Shown here: piece by piece, positions 1-9,460 of the stretch
Numbering within the stretch: the stretch's first letter is position 1
Layout: every line of letters begins with the position of its first letter
Origin: an uncultured Poribacteria bacterium
GTDB lineage: Bacteria > Poribacteria > WGA-4E > WGA-3G
DNA length: 64,000 nucleotides
Assembly (NCBI GenBank): GCA_958296135.2
Contig: CATQHZ020000001.1
Coordinates: 1,888,001 to 1,952,000 of the forward strand
Direction: 5' to 3'
Made by a program: the position numbers and the translations under genes
Notes under the pieces: generated by a model
Databases searched by the model: none
The model's input: only the letters and a program-made list of their open reading frames with translations
Told to the model about the DNA's origin: nothing

Positions 1-625
1 TGAGATGGCGTTCCGGATGCAGTCCTCCGTGCCCGAGCTCATTGACCTGAAGCAGGAGCCTTCCAACATCTTAGAGATGTACGGCCCCGAGGTCAACACA
101 CCCGGTACGTTTGCGCACTGTTGTATCCTCGCGCGCCGGATGATGGAGCGCGATGTACGCTTAGTCCAAATCTTCCATCGCGGTTGGGACCAGCACGGGG
201 ACCTGCCCAAGAATATCCGGAATCAAGCCCGCGACATCGACCAGCCCGCCGCCGCGCTTGTCCAAGACTTGAAGCAACGCGGCATGCTTGATGAAACCTT
301 AGTCGCCTGGGGTGGAGAATTCGGACGCACGGTTTACTGCCAAGGCAAGCTGAGTCGGGATAACTATGGGCGCGACCACCACCCCAAATGCTTCACGCAC
401 TGGATGGCAGGCGGCGGCATCAAAGGGGGTGTCGTCCACGGCGAGACTGACGATTTTAGTTACAACATCGTCAAGGACCCCGTTCATATTCGGGATTTGA
501 ACGCGACCCTTCTCCATCAACTCGGGATCGACCACGAGCGGTTAACGTTCAAGTTCCAAGGGCTCGATCATCGGTTGACAGGCGTAGAGGATAAGGCGCG
601 GATTGTCACCGAAGTGTTATCATAA
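1..625 (+). CDS. DUF1501 family protein, C-terminal part (5' end outside window)
   Basis: Motifs [36 protein letters not shown] typical of DUF1501; frame is open from the window edge. Confidence 0.85.
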   Translation, partial: EMAFRMQSSVPELIDLKQEPSNILEMYGPEVNTPGTFAHCCILARRMMERDVRLVQIFHRGWDQHGDLPKNIRNQARDIDQPAAALVQDLKQRGMLDETLVAWGGEFGRTVYCQGKLSRDNYGRDHHPKCFTHWMAGGGIKGGVVHGETDDFSYNIVKDPVHIRDLNATLLHQLGIDHERLTFKFQGLDHRLTGVEDKARIVTEVLS

Positions 626-767
626 CCCGCGGCAGGGCTCGCAACGGCGCGGGCCCTCTTCCGTTCAGGCGGCGCGCTTTCCGGTAGGAGAGACCGCCGT
701 TACGCCTCTTGAAGACTGCCTGTGGTGCTTCGCATAAGCAGGCCACCTTTTCTTGACGCGCTCGGTA

Positions 768-791
768 TCGGGACAGAGATGTCCCTCCTAC
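768..791 (-). repeat. GTAG-type REP-like palindrome (GTAGGAGGGAC family)
   Basis: Reverse complement GTAGGAGGGACATCTCTGTCCCGA; degenerate relative at 58864. Confidence 0.6.
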
Positions 792-838
792 CAAAATAAG
801 CGGGATAAGGAGGTCCCAGCCCTTGTAGGGAGACTCAG

Positions 839-1990
839 ATGCTGATTTACCAGAATCTCGAAGATAAGATTGATGCAGCCACATTACTGGAGGCACTAGC
901 GGGTGACTATGAGAGCGTCTTTCTGACGAGCTGCACCGTTGAGGGCGTTGTTGACATCGCTTCCCTCTCGCTTGAAAAGGACGAGACCGGCGCGTTCATT
1001 CTGGATAAAGACATCGTGTGTATTCATTGCACCTTTGAAAACCTCGTCAAACTCCACAAGACCGCTTTCAAAAAAGAACTTGTCTTTAGCGAGACGGTCT
1101 TCCGAGAACCTGTCGATTTCCGGGGCTCTATGTTCCAAGGGCATTGCGATTTCGGACAGGCGAACTTCCACGGCCGCGTCAGTTTTCGGGGGGCCGCTTT
1201 CCACGACGAAGTGAACTTTTGGCAGGCAGAATTCCACGACCTGGCCGATTTCAACGAGGTTGAATTCCAGAACAACGCCGTTTTTGGGAAAACCCGCTTC
1301 CACGGCGTGGGGCATTTTATAGAGACTGCCTTCCAACAGCAGCTTGACTTCACCTATGCGCGCTTCAACGATACTGTCACCTTCGAGCGCGCAACATTCG
1401 GAATCGAAGCCGACTTTACTTCCGCACGCTTTGCCTTTGTCGCCTCCTACCGCGACATCAATTTCATGCCCAACACGGTGCGACAATGGTTTCAAAATAA
1501 GCGAACCCGCGACGCAAGCCCTCCAACCGAGTTCTATTTGGATAGCCAAAATGTAGACGAGGTCTCCAACCCGTTCTTCAAGCGGTATGTGGCAGACCAG
1601 CAGTTCATCCGCGTCTTCAAACAAGAAAGTCCATTTTGGGCGCAAGTCTGGCGATGGAGCTCGGATTTTGGGCGCAGCTTAGGGCTTTGGGCGTTCTGGT
1701 CCCTCTTCCTCGCCGTTTTGTTCTCATTCGCCTATGCAAGCGCCTGGGCACCACCGTGGCTGGCAGGAATCCGACCTGATGTGCTACACAACATCGAAGG
1801 AACAAACGCGATAACCTTCTGGAACGCCTTTTACTTTAGCGTTGTCACCTTTACCACACTCGGATTTGGGGATGTGGTTGCGCAAAACGGCTCGGCGCGC
1901 TTCCTCGTGACGCTGGAGGTTATCTTAGGCTATATCATGCTCGGCGGGCTCATCAGCATCTTCGCCAATAAGTTAGCCAGCCGGAGTTGA
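839..1990 (+). CDS. Pentapeptide-repeat protein fused to a 2-TM potassium-channel pore domain
   Basis: Repeated AxFxxxxxF units; C-terminal YFSVVTFTTLGFGDV selectivity filter flanked by TM helices. Confidence 0.85.
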   Translation: MLIYQNLEDKIDAATLLEALAGDYESVFLTSCTVEGVVDIASLSLEKDETGAFILDKDIVCIHCTFENLVKLHKTAFKKELVFSETVFREPVDFRGSMFQGHCDFGQANFHGRVSFRGAAFHDEVNFWQAEFHDLADFNEVEFQNNAVFGKTRFHGVGHFIETAFQQQLDFTYARFNDTVTFERATFGIEADFTSARFAFVASYRDINFMPNTVRQWFQNKRTRDASPPTEFYLDSQNVDEVSNPFFKRYVADQQFIRVFKQESPFWAQVWRWSSDFGRSLGLWAFWSLFLAVLFSFAYASAWAPPWLAGIRPDVLHNIEGTNAITFWNAFYFSVVTFTTLGFGDVVAQNGSARFLVTLEVILGYIMLGGLISIFANKLASRS

Positions 1991-2005
1991 CGCTTGTCTT
2001 AAACA

Positions 2006-2069
2006 GTAAGGGCGGATGTCTATATCCGCCTGGGTGCTGCAGCGGATAGTCAACGACATCCGCACTTAC
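2006..2069. repeat. Inverted pair of GTAA-type REP-like palindromes (BIME-like)
   Basis: GTAAGGGCGGATGTCTATATCCGCC at 2006-2030 and opposite-strand GTAAGTGCGGATGTCGTTGACTATCCGC at 2042-2069. Confidence 0.75.
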
Positions 2070-2087
2070 AAAAGGATTTTCAACGGA

Positions 2088-3236
2088 ATGCGCTCAAACC
2101 AATTAACGGCAGTCATTGTCGGCGCAGGCTGGTCTGCCGAAGGACACACCAAGGCTTTTCAACACTACGGCGTTGAAGTCCTCGCCTTATGTGCTCGCAA
2201 ATTTGATATCGTGCAAAAGCACGCAGACCGGTTAGGTATCCCCGAAGCCTCAATTGATTGGCGCGAAAGCCTGCTCAAACACCGACCGGATATCGTCGCC
2301 ATCACGACTCCTGCAATTTTGCGTACAGAACCGATTGAATTGGCAGCACAACTCGGCTGCCATATTATCTGCGAAAAGCCGTTGGCTCTCACGGCAACCG
2401 AGGCAGGAAGACTCTACGCACTCGTCAAAAATGCCGGCGTGAAGCACGCCTTCGCCGCAACGCATCTGTATGACCCGAGTGTGGCGTATGTCCGGCACCT
2501 GATTACGCAGCAACAGAGCATTGGCGAACTCAAAGAGGTTGACATCGGCTACACCCGCCGACTCCCTGGCACCCCTTCTAACAGGGTGAAGCCGTGGAAT
2601 TGGATGAGCTCCCTCGCGCACGGCGGCGGCGCGCTCAATAATGGGCTCACGCATCAACTCGGCATGCTTGAAAAGATGACTGGGCTGACAGTCGTCTCTG
2701 CCATCGGCGAGGCGCGCTTCGCACCCAGAAAAGCACCCATCGTGCCAGAAATCCGCGACTTTCGGGTGTGGCGAAGCAGAGAGATTACGGCAGAAGAGGC
2801 CGCCAAACTAGAATGGCGCGAATGCGACGCAGAGATAGGATATTCGGCACTCTTTAAATTAGGAAAAACAGAGAATCCTGTCCTTGTGACGATGCGGGCG
2901 AAGCCCGGTGTGCCGACACAATCCCCTACCGGCGGCTGGTATTTCTACGGGACAGAAGGAACACTTGTCGGACGTGGCAGACATATCTTATCCCCGATTA
3001 CAAAACACAGCGGCGATGAAGTGGAGGAATTGCCTATTCCGCAATCATTTTCAGACACCCTCCCGCGCATCGGCGACGACATCCAAAATAAGTGGACCGC
3101 GCTCGTCCGCGACTTCCTCGCTGACATTGAGGCTCGCCCACACGAACCGTATTTAACGCTTCACGATGGGTGGCGTTATCAAGTCGCAATTGAGGCAATC
3201 CGGGGAAGTGTGGGGTGGACAGAGGTCCCTGTCTAA
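2088..3236 (+). CDS. Gfo/Idh/MocA family oxidoreductase
   Basis: Rossmann IVGAG and CEKP motifs; start moved to ATG 2088 because ATG 2016 lies inside a REP. Confidence 0.85.
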   Translation: MRSNQLTAVIVGAGWSAEGHTKAFQHYGVEVLALCARKFDIVQKHADRLGIPEASIDWRESLLKHRPDIVAITTPAILRTEPIELAAQLGCHIICEKPLALTATEAGRLYALVKNAGVKHAFAATHLYDPSVAYVRHLITQQQSIGELKEVDIGYTRRLPGTPSNRVKPWNWMSSLAHGGGALNNGLTHQLGMLEKMTGLTVVSAIGEARFAPRKAPIVPEIRDFRVWRSREITAEEAAKLEWRECDAEIGYSALFKLGKTENPVLVTMRAKPGVPTQSPTGGWYFYGTEGTLVGRGRHILSPITKHSGDEVEELPIPQSFSDTLPRIGDDIQNKWTALVRDFLADIEARPHEPYLTLHDGWRYQVAIEAIRGSVGWTEVPV

Positions 3237-3290
3237 AGCAGGATGGGCAAGATTCACAGGATTTTCAGGTAATGAAAATCTCCCCATTCA

Positions 3291-3600
3291 CGTAGGGCGG
3301 GGGCCTGTCCCCCGCGAATCTTAACCGCCACTCTCACCGTAGCGCGGGGGGCCTGTCCCCCGCGAATCTTAACCGCCACTCTCACCGTAGCGCGGGGGCC
3401 TGTCCCCCGCGAATCTTAACCGCCACTCTCACCGTAGCGCGGGGGCCTGTCCCCCGCGAATCTTAACCGCCACTCTCACCGTAGCGCGGGGGCCTGTCCC
3501 CCGCGAATCTTAACCGCCACTCTCACCGTAGCGCGGGGGCCTGTCCCCCGCGAATCTTAACCGCCACTCTCACCGTAGCGCGGGGGCCTGTCCCCCGCGA
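3291..3600 (+). repeat. Tandem array of a 47-bp unit containing a GTAG REP-like hairpin (7 hairpins)
   Basis: Unit ACCGTAGCGCGGGGGCCTGTCCCCCGCGAATCTTAACCGCCACTCTC repeated with identical linkers. Confidence 0.95.
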
Positions 3601-3673
3601 TGTTTCTGCTGCCTGAATCAGGATTTCCAGGATTAGGGGGCCCCTTGAAGAGGCAAACTGATTTTTATCGTAT

Positions 3674-3837
3674 CGCGTGGGCCTGTCCCCCGCGATAACT
3701 CGGTCAAACCGAAAAACGTCCGCAGCCCAAAGACCGCGAACGTTTTTTGAAACGATCCAACATGGCGAGGGACAGGCCCACGCCCTACGGGGAAAGGGAG
3801 AATCGATGCACGGCGAGGGACAGGCCCACGCCCTACG
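3674..3837. repeat. Three further REP-like copies of the GGGCCTGTCCC family
   Basis: Copy near 3675 on the + strand; GGCGAGGGACAGGCCCACGCCCTACG near 3764 and 3812 (reverse orientation). Confidence 0.8.
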
Positions 3838-5221
3838 ATTCTTGTGTTTCACTTTCGCCTTCTTCTTCATGCATAATTTCCTGCAAGCCCGTTGCTATGC
3901 GGAAAGCGATGATGCAGATGCCGATCGAGATGGCAAACAACCACCGATACCCGATGTAGGGTGCAAGGATACCGCCGATAAGCGGCGCGAAACTGGCTGG
4001 CAGCAGCAACGTGTTCATAAACCCGATGTAACTCGGACGGTGGCGCGGCGGCGCGATGTTGAGCATATACGACATGAACCCTACCATCATGCCGTTGCCT
4101 AAAATGCCGCCTACCGTGAAAATCAGGAAAAAGGCGGGCAGTTGCAAGGCGGGAGGCACGATTCCTGACGAAAAGGCTAACGCCGGCGGAATTACCATCA
4201 GTCCTGCCGTGATAATGAGGAGCCACCGTACACCATATTTCTCGCCGATATGCCCCCACAGTGTATTTGAAACGACACCGCTCAGTGCCGAGCAGACGAT
4301 GAAAAATCCGATAGTTGCCTCCGAGACGTTCAGTTCATTCAGCGCGTAAGGGATATAGAACGGCGATGCCATCCCCGAAAAATGCGCACCGATGCGGAAA
4401 AAGATGAACTGCCGGTAATTTGCATCGGTGCGTAGGAAGTGTGGCCCCTGCTTCAAGTGCCTAGACAAAGGTTGCCGTGTGGATTGAACGGGATGAATCG
4501 GTTCGCGCACTCCGAGGAAACTGACAAACGAGAGGAAGGCGGCACTTACCGAACAAATAAACAGAAAGGCGTAGTTGTAAGGAAACCCGAGGTCGGTGTC
4601 CACGTGGCATATCGTGCAGATGAAATACATGGTGAGCGTTTTGAAGCCGCGCGTGACTGCCCCGAGGATGCCGGTAAATTCCGCCTCGTTTCCGAGCACG
4701 GCGCGCACCAGAAACCCTACCCAGATGGCGAAAAAACCACCGTAGAGTTGGCGCAGGCTAAAAAACCGGGCGCGCCGCTGCGGTTCGATAGCTTTAGAGA
4801 CGATGTCCATGTAAGGCAGCGTCGAAACGCCCATTGCGGAGGAGGAGAGGAAATAGAATCCTAAGAAGCATCCGGCGAGGAGCATCGGATTCTGCTCACC
4901 GATGGTGATGGTGCAGAAAAACACCGCGAGCCATGCCAGAACGCGCACGCTCATTCCAAGCGCGTAGAACGGCATCTTGCGCGGACGATGTTCCAACAAG
5001 TTGGAGATGAGCAGTTGCGGCCACATCCAACCGGCTGTCATCATCGAGCCTGTCAACCCGACGAGCAGCGGGGAACCACTTAATTTATCGATGAACGCAG
5101 GCAGCACCGTTGATGCGTCCGCGAAGGCGAGGTTGATTCGCATGAAGGTGCCTTGCAGCAACGCAAATCGGAAATTCCGCCGGAGGTTCTTCTGTTGTGG
5201 TGGAAAGCGATGGCGATTCAT
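3833..5221 (-). CDS. MFS transporter
   Basis: 462 aa with about 12 hydrophobic segments; WGHIGEKYGVR MFS loop motif. Confidence 0.85.
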   Translation of the reverse strand: MNRHRFPPQQKNLRRNFRFALLQGTFMRINLAFADASTVLPAFIDKLSGSPLLVGLTGSMMTAGWMWPQLLISNLLEHRPRKMPFYALGMSVRVLAWLAVFFCTITIGEQNPMLLAGCFLGFYFLSSSAMGVSTLPYMDIVSKAIEPQRRARFFSLRQLYGGFFAIWVGFLVRAVLGNEAEFTGILGAVTRGFKTLTMYFICTICHVDTDLGFPYNYAFLFICSVSAAFLSFVSFLGVREPIHPVQSTRQPLSRHLKQGPHFLRTDANYRQFIFFRIGAHFSGMASPFYIPYALNELNVSEATIGFFIVCSALSGVVSNTLWGHIGEKYGVRWLLIITAGLMVIPPALAFSSGIVPPALQLPAFFLIFTVGGILGNGMMVGFMSYMLNIAPPRHRPSYIGFMNTLLLPASFAPLIGGILAPYIGYRWLFAISIGICIIAFRIATGLQEIMHEEEGESETQES

Positions 5222-5322
5222 CCAAAAACCTCGCTCAGAAAAGAAACCGAATTTGCTGCAACCATACGAAAAACTTGTTTGGACATGCTTTTTTCTTTTT
5301 TCCTAGAAGTGTTATTTTTCAT

Positions 5323-5351
5323 TTGACACGATTTCGGCAATTAGGTTTAAT
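5323..5351 (+). promoter_or_regulatory. Putative sigma70 promoter
   Basis: TTGACA-17 nt-TTTAAT. Confidence 0.5.
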
Positions 5352-5543
5352 TGATTTTTTCTGGACAAACGACAGGAATTGTGCTACATTAAGAATGAAG
5401 CCATTTAATTTTGAGTTCTCGCCTCCCAAATTGAGAATGGGAGGGCTCCTCCCGCCATCGTAGTTCGGGCTCTCCCGAACTAGAAGGGTTTGAGCTCAGA
5501 TGAAGATTAAAGAAATAAACGGCTAATTTTCCCGACAGAAACA

Positions 5544-5568
5544 GGCGGATATAGAAACCCGCCCTTAC
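5544..5568 (-). repeat. GTAA-type REP-like palindrome
   Basis: Reverse complement GTAAGGGCGGGTTTCTATATCCGCC, same family as 2006, 9202 and 9791. Confidence 0.8.
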
Positions 5569-5664
5569 AGTCACAAGGCATGCACGCTTCCCGAAAATTA
5601 TCCGATTTCATACTGAAACTTCAGGCGAGCTCAAACTACAAATTTGGAATAAAAGGAAAAGACT

Positions 5665-6618
5665 ATGGAACCTCTTCGGATTGGATTTCTTGGTGCCGGC
5701 GGTTTCGCTCGGCACACCATTTATCCGGCGTTGCATCTCGCACCTGTCGCATTGCAAGCTGTCTGTGATGCGGACGAAGAACGCGCGAAAGATGCCGCTG
5801 GCAAATTCGGCACAGGACGATACTACACCGACCGGCACGAAATGTTTGAAAAGGAAGCCCTGGAAGCAGTTATCATCTGCATGGGGCCAGACCCGAGGCA
5901 GCCCCTCGTGCTTGATACGCTCGCCGCGGGGTATCACGTTTTCGTGCCGAAGCCGCCCGCGCCATCGCTTGCGGGAACGCTTGAATTAGCGGAAGCATCG
6001 GAAAAGCACGGCAAAACGTTGATGGTAAACTTCCAAAGACGGTTTAGCCGCGGCGTGCGCGGCGCGAAGGAGATTATGCAGACAGAATCCTTCGGACAAC
6101 TCACGCAACTTTTCTGCTCGTTCTGCAGTGGTGCATACCCGACGGTGAAAAGTTATCTGCTGGATTTCGCCATCCATCACTTCGATCTGGCGCGTCACAT
6201 CGCCGGTGCGGATGCAAAAGAAATCGCTGTCTTCCACAACGAAGTTGATGGACAAGGCGCGTTCGCCGTTGCACTGGAATATACCAACGGCGCAGTGGGC
6301 AACTTGCAATTAACGAGTCAACGCCTCTGGCAGCGCAACTATGATCACATTGAAATCACCGGCCAGCACGAGTATATCGTGTTAGACGGCTTGTGGGGCG
6401 TTCAGCATTTCACGCAATCCGGCAACACGTTCACCTCGAATTTCTCCGATGAACGGAACGGTGAGTTGACCGGGGACGGCATGAGTCTTACCGAGTTTGT
6501 CAACGCGATTCGGGAAGACCGGGAGCCGGTCTCCAGCATTCACGACTGCGTCGGTTCCATGCGGTTGTATGATGCTGTGCTGCAACGGAAGAAAGGCGTT
6601 ATTTCGCTCGTTGATTGA
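5665..6618 (+). CDS. Gfo/Idh/MocA family oxidoreductase
   Basis: IGFLGAGG, VPKP (EKP variant), DFAIHHFD motifs. Confidence 0.85.
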   Translation: MEPLRIGFLGAGGFARHTIYPALHLAPVALQAVCDADEERAKDAAGKFGTGRYYTDRHEMFEKEALEAVIICMGPDPRQPLVLDTLAAGYHVFVPKPPAPSLAGTLELAEASEKHGKTLMVNFQRRFSRGVRGAKEIMQTESFGQLTQLFCSFCSGAYPTVKSYLLDFAIHHFDLARHIAGADAKEIAVFHNEVDGQGAFAVALEYTNGAVGNLQLTSQRLWQRNYDHIEITGQHEYIVLDGLWGVQHFTQSGNTFTSNFSDERNGELTGDGMSLTEFVNAIREDREPVSSIHDCVGSMRLYDAVLQRKKGVISLVD

Positions 6619-8149
6619 TTGCTTCTAGCACCTCAAGACACGTCTGCCCGTTCACCAATTGGTGATAGAACTGCGCGGCGCGTCTGCCAAAATCTCGGTT
6701 CTGACTGAGACGAACCTCCGCTGATGCACCCGGCGGTGTCCACAGCGTCGCGTCCGAGAAAATGGCAGCGAGCCGCCTCTCTACGTCTGCGAGTCCCGCG
6801 CCGAACGCGCCGTTCAAAACGTTTTGTATCGTCAGATCCGGGTCCCGGATTTCATAAGTCTCTCCCGTATCCGTTATGCCAAAATATGCGCGTTCACCGG
6901 GTTGTGATACATGCGGTGTCAAAAAACGGAGAACCGTCGCAAACGAATAGGCAAAATCGGTTTTGAACTCCTCTGTCGCCGAGGCGTAATTTGGGGACAT
7001 CACGATATCTGCAGCGCGTTCGCGAAGTTTCACCGTCTCAATGATGTTAATCCGCGCGTTGTCGTCTTTGACGCGGCGGATGCGTTCAATGAACTCGCGC
7101 GTATACGCGCCCGCACTCTGTCCCGCAATCGGGATGTCAGCCTCCACAATCTCGGCGTAACCAGCCATCAGCCGTTCTAAATGCGGCGCGAATGTCGGAT
7201 GCACTGCCGCCTCGTTGACGTATTCAATGCCGGAAAGCATCCCTTTGTGCGTAATCCCCGGTACATGCACCGAATTCACCAACAGCAGTTTCCAATCGTG
7301 ATGCGGCTCAATGCTTTCTTGCGTGACGATAACGCCAAAATCCTTAAGTGCGCTGAAGGGAACTTGTAGGCGCGCTCTTCCGGCCGCGCTGCCTTTGTCT
7401 TCAATAATCAGCGGCTTTGCCGGCATTTTCTCCGCATACGTGATGAGTTCGTCTGGGATGCCGATGCGCGCGCGCGCTTCCGCCTGAATCTCCTCCGGCA
7501 CCGCGTAAACCTGCGGCACCAGCCGGTCCCCCATTTCGTTGAGGAAGCCGACGTTCGTTTTCAGCCAATCCGCGTACGCGTCACTTCGCCTCGGATACTC
7601 GTTGCACAGAATGTCACGGATGACATCGCCATTGTTCCGGAGGTTATCTGTGTTGATGACACAAAGTGTTGCATCCGCACCGTGGTGTGAAAAATAGCGG
7701 TAGAGCGTCTCGTCCAGGACATCCATCGCCAATTCACCTTGAGCAATCCCGGCTTCGGTTACGCCGATGAGGACGAGGTCCAACAGATTTTGGGTTTGCG
7801 CGTAAAACTGTTCGCGACCGGACTCTGTGGCAAGTGTCGTCGCGCCGCCGACGCTTGAAACCTGTCGGATGTCATGAATCCCCTCTACATCAAACGTGAC
7901 GACGTGATACACGCCATTCTGTCGGTTAAACGCGTCTGCTTTTTCGGTCCCGCGCGGCTGTCCGACCAAAATGCCGCCGTTGTAGAGATGCCGTTCGTTG
8001 AGGATGTGAACGAATTCGTGAGTTAGGGCGCGTTGCAGTCCGCCCGCGCCGATAGCGAGAATTCTGTTTTTTGTTGTTCGCGAGGCGTTCGATAAGCATT
8101 TCTGGTCCAATTGTGTTTCTCTCCGTATATCCATCATTGACGTTGTCAA
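6599..8149 (-). CDS. Mannitol dehydrogenase / tagaturonate reductase (UxaB)-like oxidoreductase
   Basis: IGAGGLQRA, VTEAGI, DNLRNNGD, NEMGDRLVP, KLLLVN resemble the long-chain mannitol dehydrogenase family. Confidence 0.65.
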   Translation of the reverse strand: MTTSMMDIRRETQLDQKCLSNASRTTKNRILAIGAGGLQRALTHEFVHILNERHLYNGGILVGQPRGTEKADAFNRQNGVYHVVTFDVEGIHDIRQVSSVGGATTLATESGREQFYAQTQNLLDLVLIGVTEAGIAQGELAMDVLDETLYRYFSHHGADATLCVINTDNLRNNGDVIRDILCNEYPRRSDAYADWLKTNVGFLNEMGDRLVPQVYAVPEEIQAEARARIGIPDELITYAEKMPAKPLIIEDKGSAAGRARLQVPFSALKDFGVIVTQESIEPHHDWKLLLVNSVHVPGITHKGMLSGIEYVNEAAVHPTFAPHLERLMAGYAEIVEADIPIAGQSAGAYTREFIERIRRVKDDNARINIIETVKLRERAADIVMSPNYASATEEFKTDFAYSFATVLRFLTPHVSQPGERAYFGITDTGETYEIRDPDLTIQNVLNGAFGAGLADVERRLAAIFSDATLWTPPGASAEVRLSQNRDFGRRAAQFYHQLVNGQTCLEVLEAINQRAK

Positions 8150-8152
8150 TGA

Positions 8153-9379
8153 CTACGTTTCTGATGCTGAAATTGGAGATGCATCGGCTAAAATTTCAGC
8201 ATAAAGTTCCAAATAGGCATCTGCGATGTGTTTCCAATCGTAGGGCTTTACGCGCTCGATGCTGGCTTTACCCATCGCAATGCGCTGTTCACCAGCATTG
8301 ATAAGTCTGACGAGGCATCGCGCGAGCCCATCTACATCGCCCGGGTCAAACACCTCGCCGTTAACGCCTGCGGCGACGAGTTCATCAATGCCTTGCACAC
8401 GGCTGGCGACAATCGGCAACCCTGTCCCCATCGCCTCCAGCACGACGAGCGGCATCCCTTCCGCCAGTGATGGCAAGATGAAGATATCCGCACGCCGATA
8501 CTTTTGTGGCAATTCGGCATACAGAACCGAACCTGAAAAGTGAATATGAGATGCAACACCGAGGCTTTCTGCCAATTTCACCAATTCGCCACGGTAGGGC
8601 CCATCGCCAACGATTTCGATTTCAAAAGTGGCCTCTGCCTTTTCCAGAAGGTGCGGCATCGCGCGGATAAGAAACTGGAATCCTTTGCGCGGGATAAGTC
8701 TGCCAATCGTGAGAATCCGAACGGTTTCTGGGTATGCTTCTCGCTGCACCGGTTCAAAACGCGCGAGATCCAACCCATCAGGGATGACTTTGATGTTCAC
8801 ATCCGCATCGGTTTCCTGAGCGAGTTCGCGCAAGCCTTCGCTACACGCTACCAACATCGAGGCACCGCCCCAAATCGCCCGGATAACGGGCTTGAGGAAC
8901 ATATAGAGCCACCGATAATAGGGCGGGTCTGGGTTCGGACGCGGCACATCGCGCCCGCCTAAAAACACAACATACGGCACCTTGCGAATCTGCTTTAAAA
9001 GATAGGCACCACCGCCCGCGGGAATGCCGAAAAAGACTTGGACGACATCGGGTTGAAACCTCCTCGCAAACTTCAACCCGTAAACGCTTGAACTGACAGC
9101 ATACGTCAACATTTCATGCACGGCGCAGACATCAGGGTTTTTCCGAAGCGCAGGCACCCGATGCACGTGGAAGTTACCTACCTTTTCCTCTTCCGCAGGC
9201 TGTAAGGGCGGATTCCTATATCCGCCCGCGTCTTCCGTTACAGGTAAATCTGCGAATTGCGACGTAATGAGATGCACCTCGTGCCCTGCCGCGGCGAAGT
9301 GTTTCCCTAAAAAGTAGCTTACCCAACCGCCGCCGCCGCCAATCGGTGGGAATTCATGATTGAACATCAGAATTTTCAT
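8153..9379 (-). CDS. Glycosyltransferase family 4
   Basis: MKILMFNHEFPPIGGGG start; GRLIPRKG and EGMPLVVLEAM GT4 motifs. Confidence 0.9.
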   Translation of the reverse strand: MKILMFNHEFPPIGGGGGWVSYFLGKHFAAAGHEVHLITSQFADLPVTEDAGGYRNPPLQPAEEEKVGNFHVHRVPALRKNPDVCAVHEMLTYAVSSSVYGLKFARRFQPDVVQVFFGIPAGGGAYLLKQIRKVPYVVFLGGRDVPRPNPDPPYYRWLYMFLKPVIRAIWGGASMLVACSEGLRELAQETDADVNIKVIPDGLDLARFEPVQREAYPETVRILTIGRLIPRKGFQFLIRAMPHLLEKAEATFEIEIVGDGPYRGELVKLAESLGVASHIHFSGSVLYAELPQKYRRADIFILPSLAEGMPLVVLEAMGTGLPIVASRVQGIDELVAAGVNGEVFDPGDVDGLARCLVRLINAGEQRIAMGKASIERVKPYDWKHIADAYLELYAEILADASPISASET

Positions 9380-9407
9380 GATGATTGCCGCCGCAATGTT
9401 GAGGAAT

Positions 9408-9460
9408 CGCGAGGGGAACCCTCGGCGATTCGCGCTCGCCGGGTTTTCCCTCGCGCTACA
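9408..9460 (-). repeat. Long GTAG REP-like hairpin overlapping the rimK stop codon
   Basis: Reverse complement GTAGCGCGAGGGAAAACCCGGCGAGCGCGAATCGCCGAGGGTTCCCCTCGCG; related copy at 16757-16802. Confidence 0.75.

Noticed and set aside
3291-3600. Possible CRISPR array
   Set aside because: The sequences between hairpins are identical rather than unique spacers, no cas genes are present, and the hairpin belongs to a dispersed REP-like family
3523-4102. ORFs 3523..3870 (-) and 3677..4102 (+) with repeated peptides
   Set aside because: They are translations of REP repeats and of the MFS antisense strand
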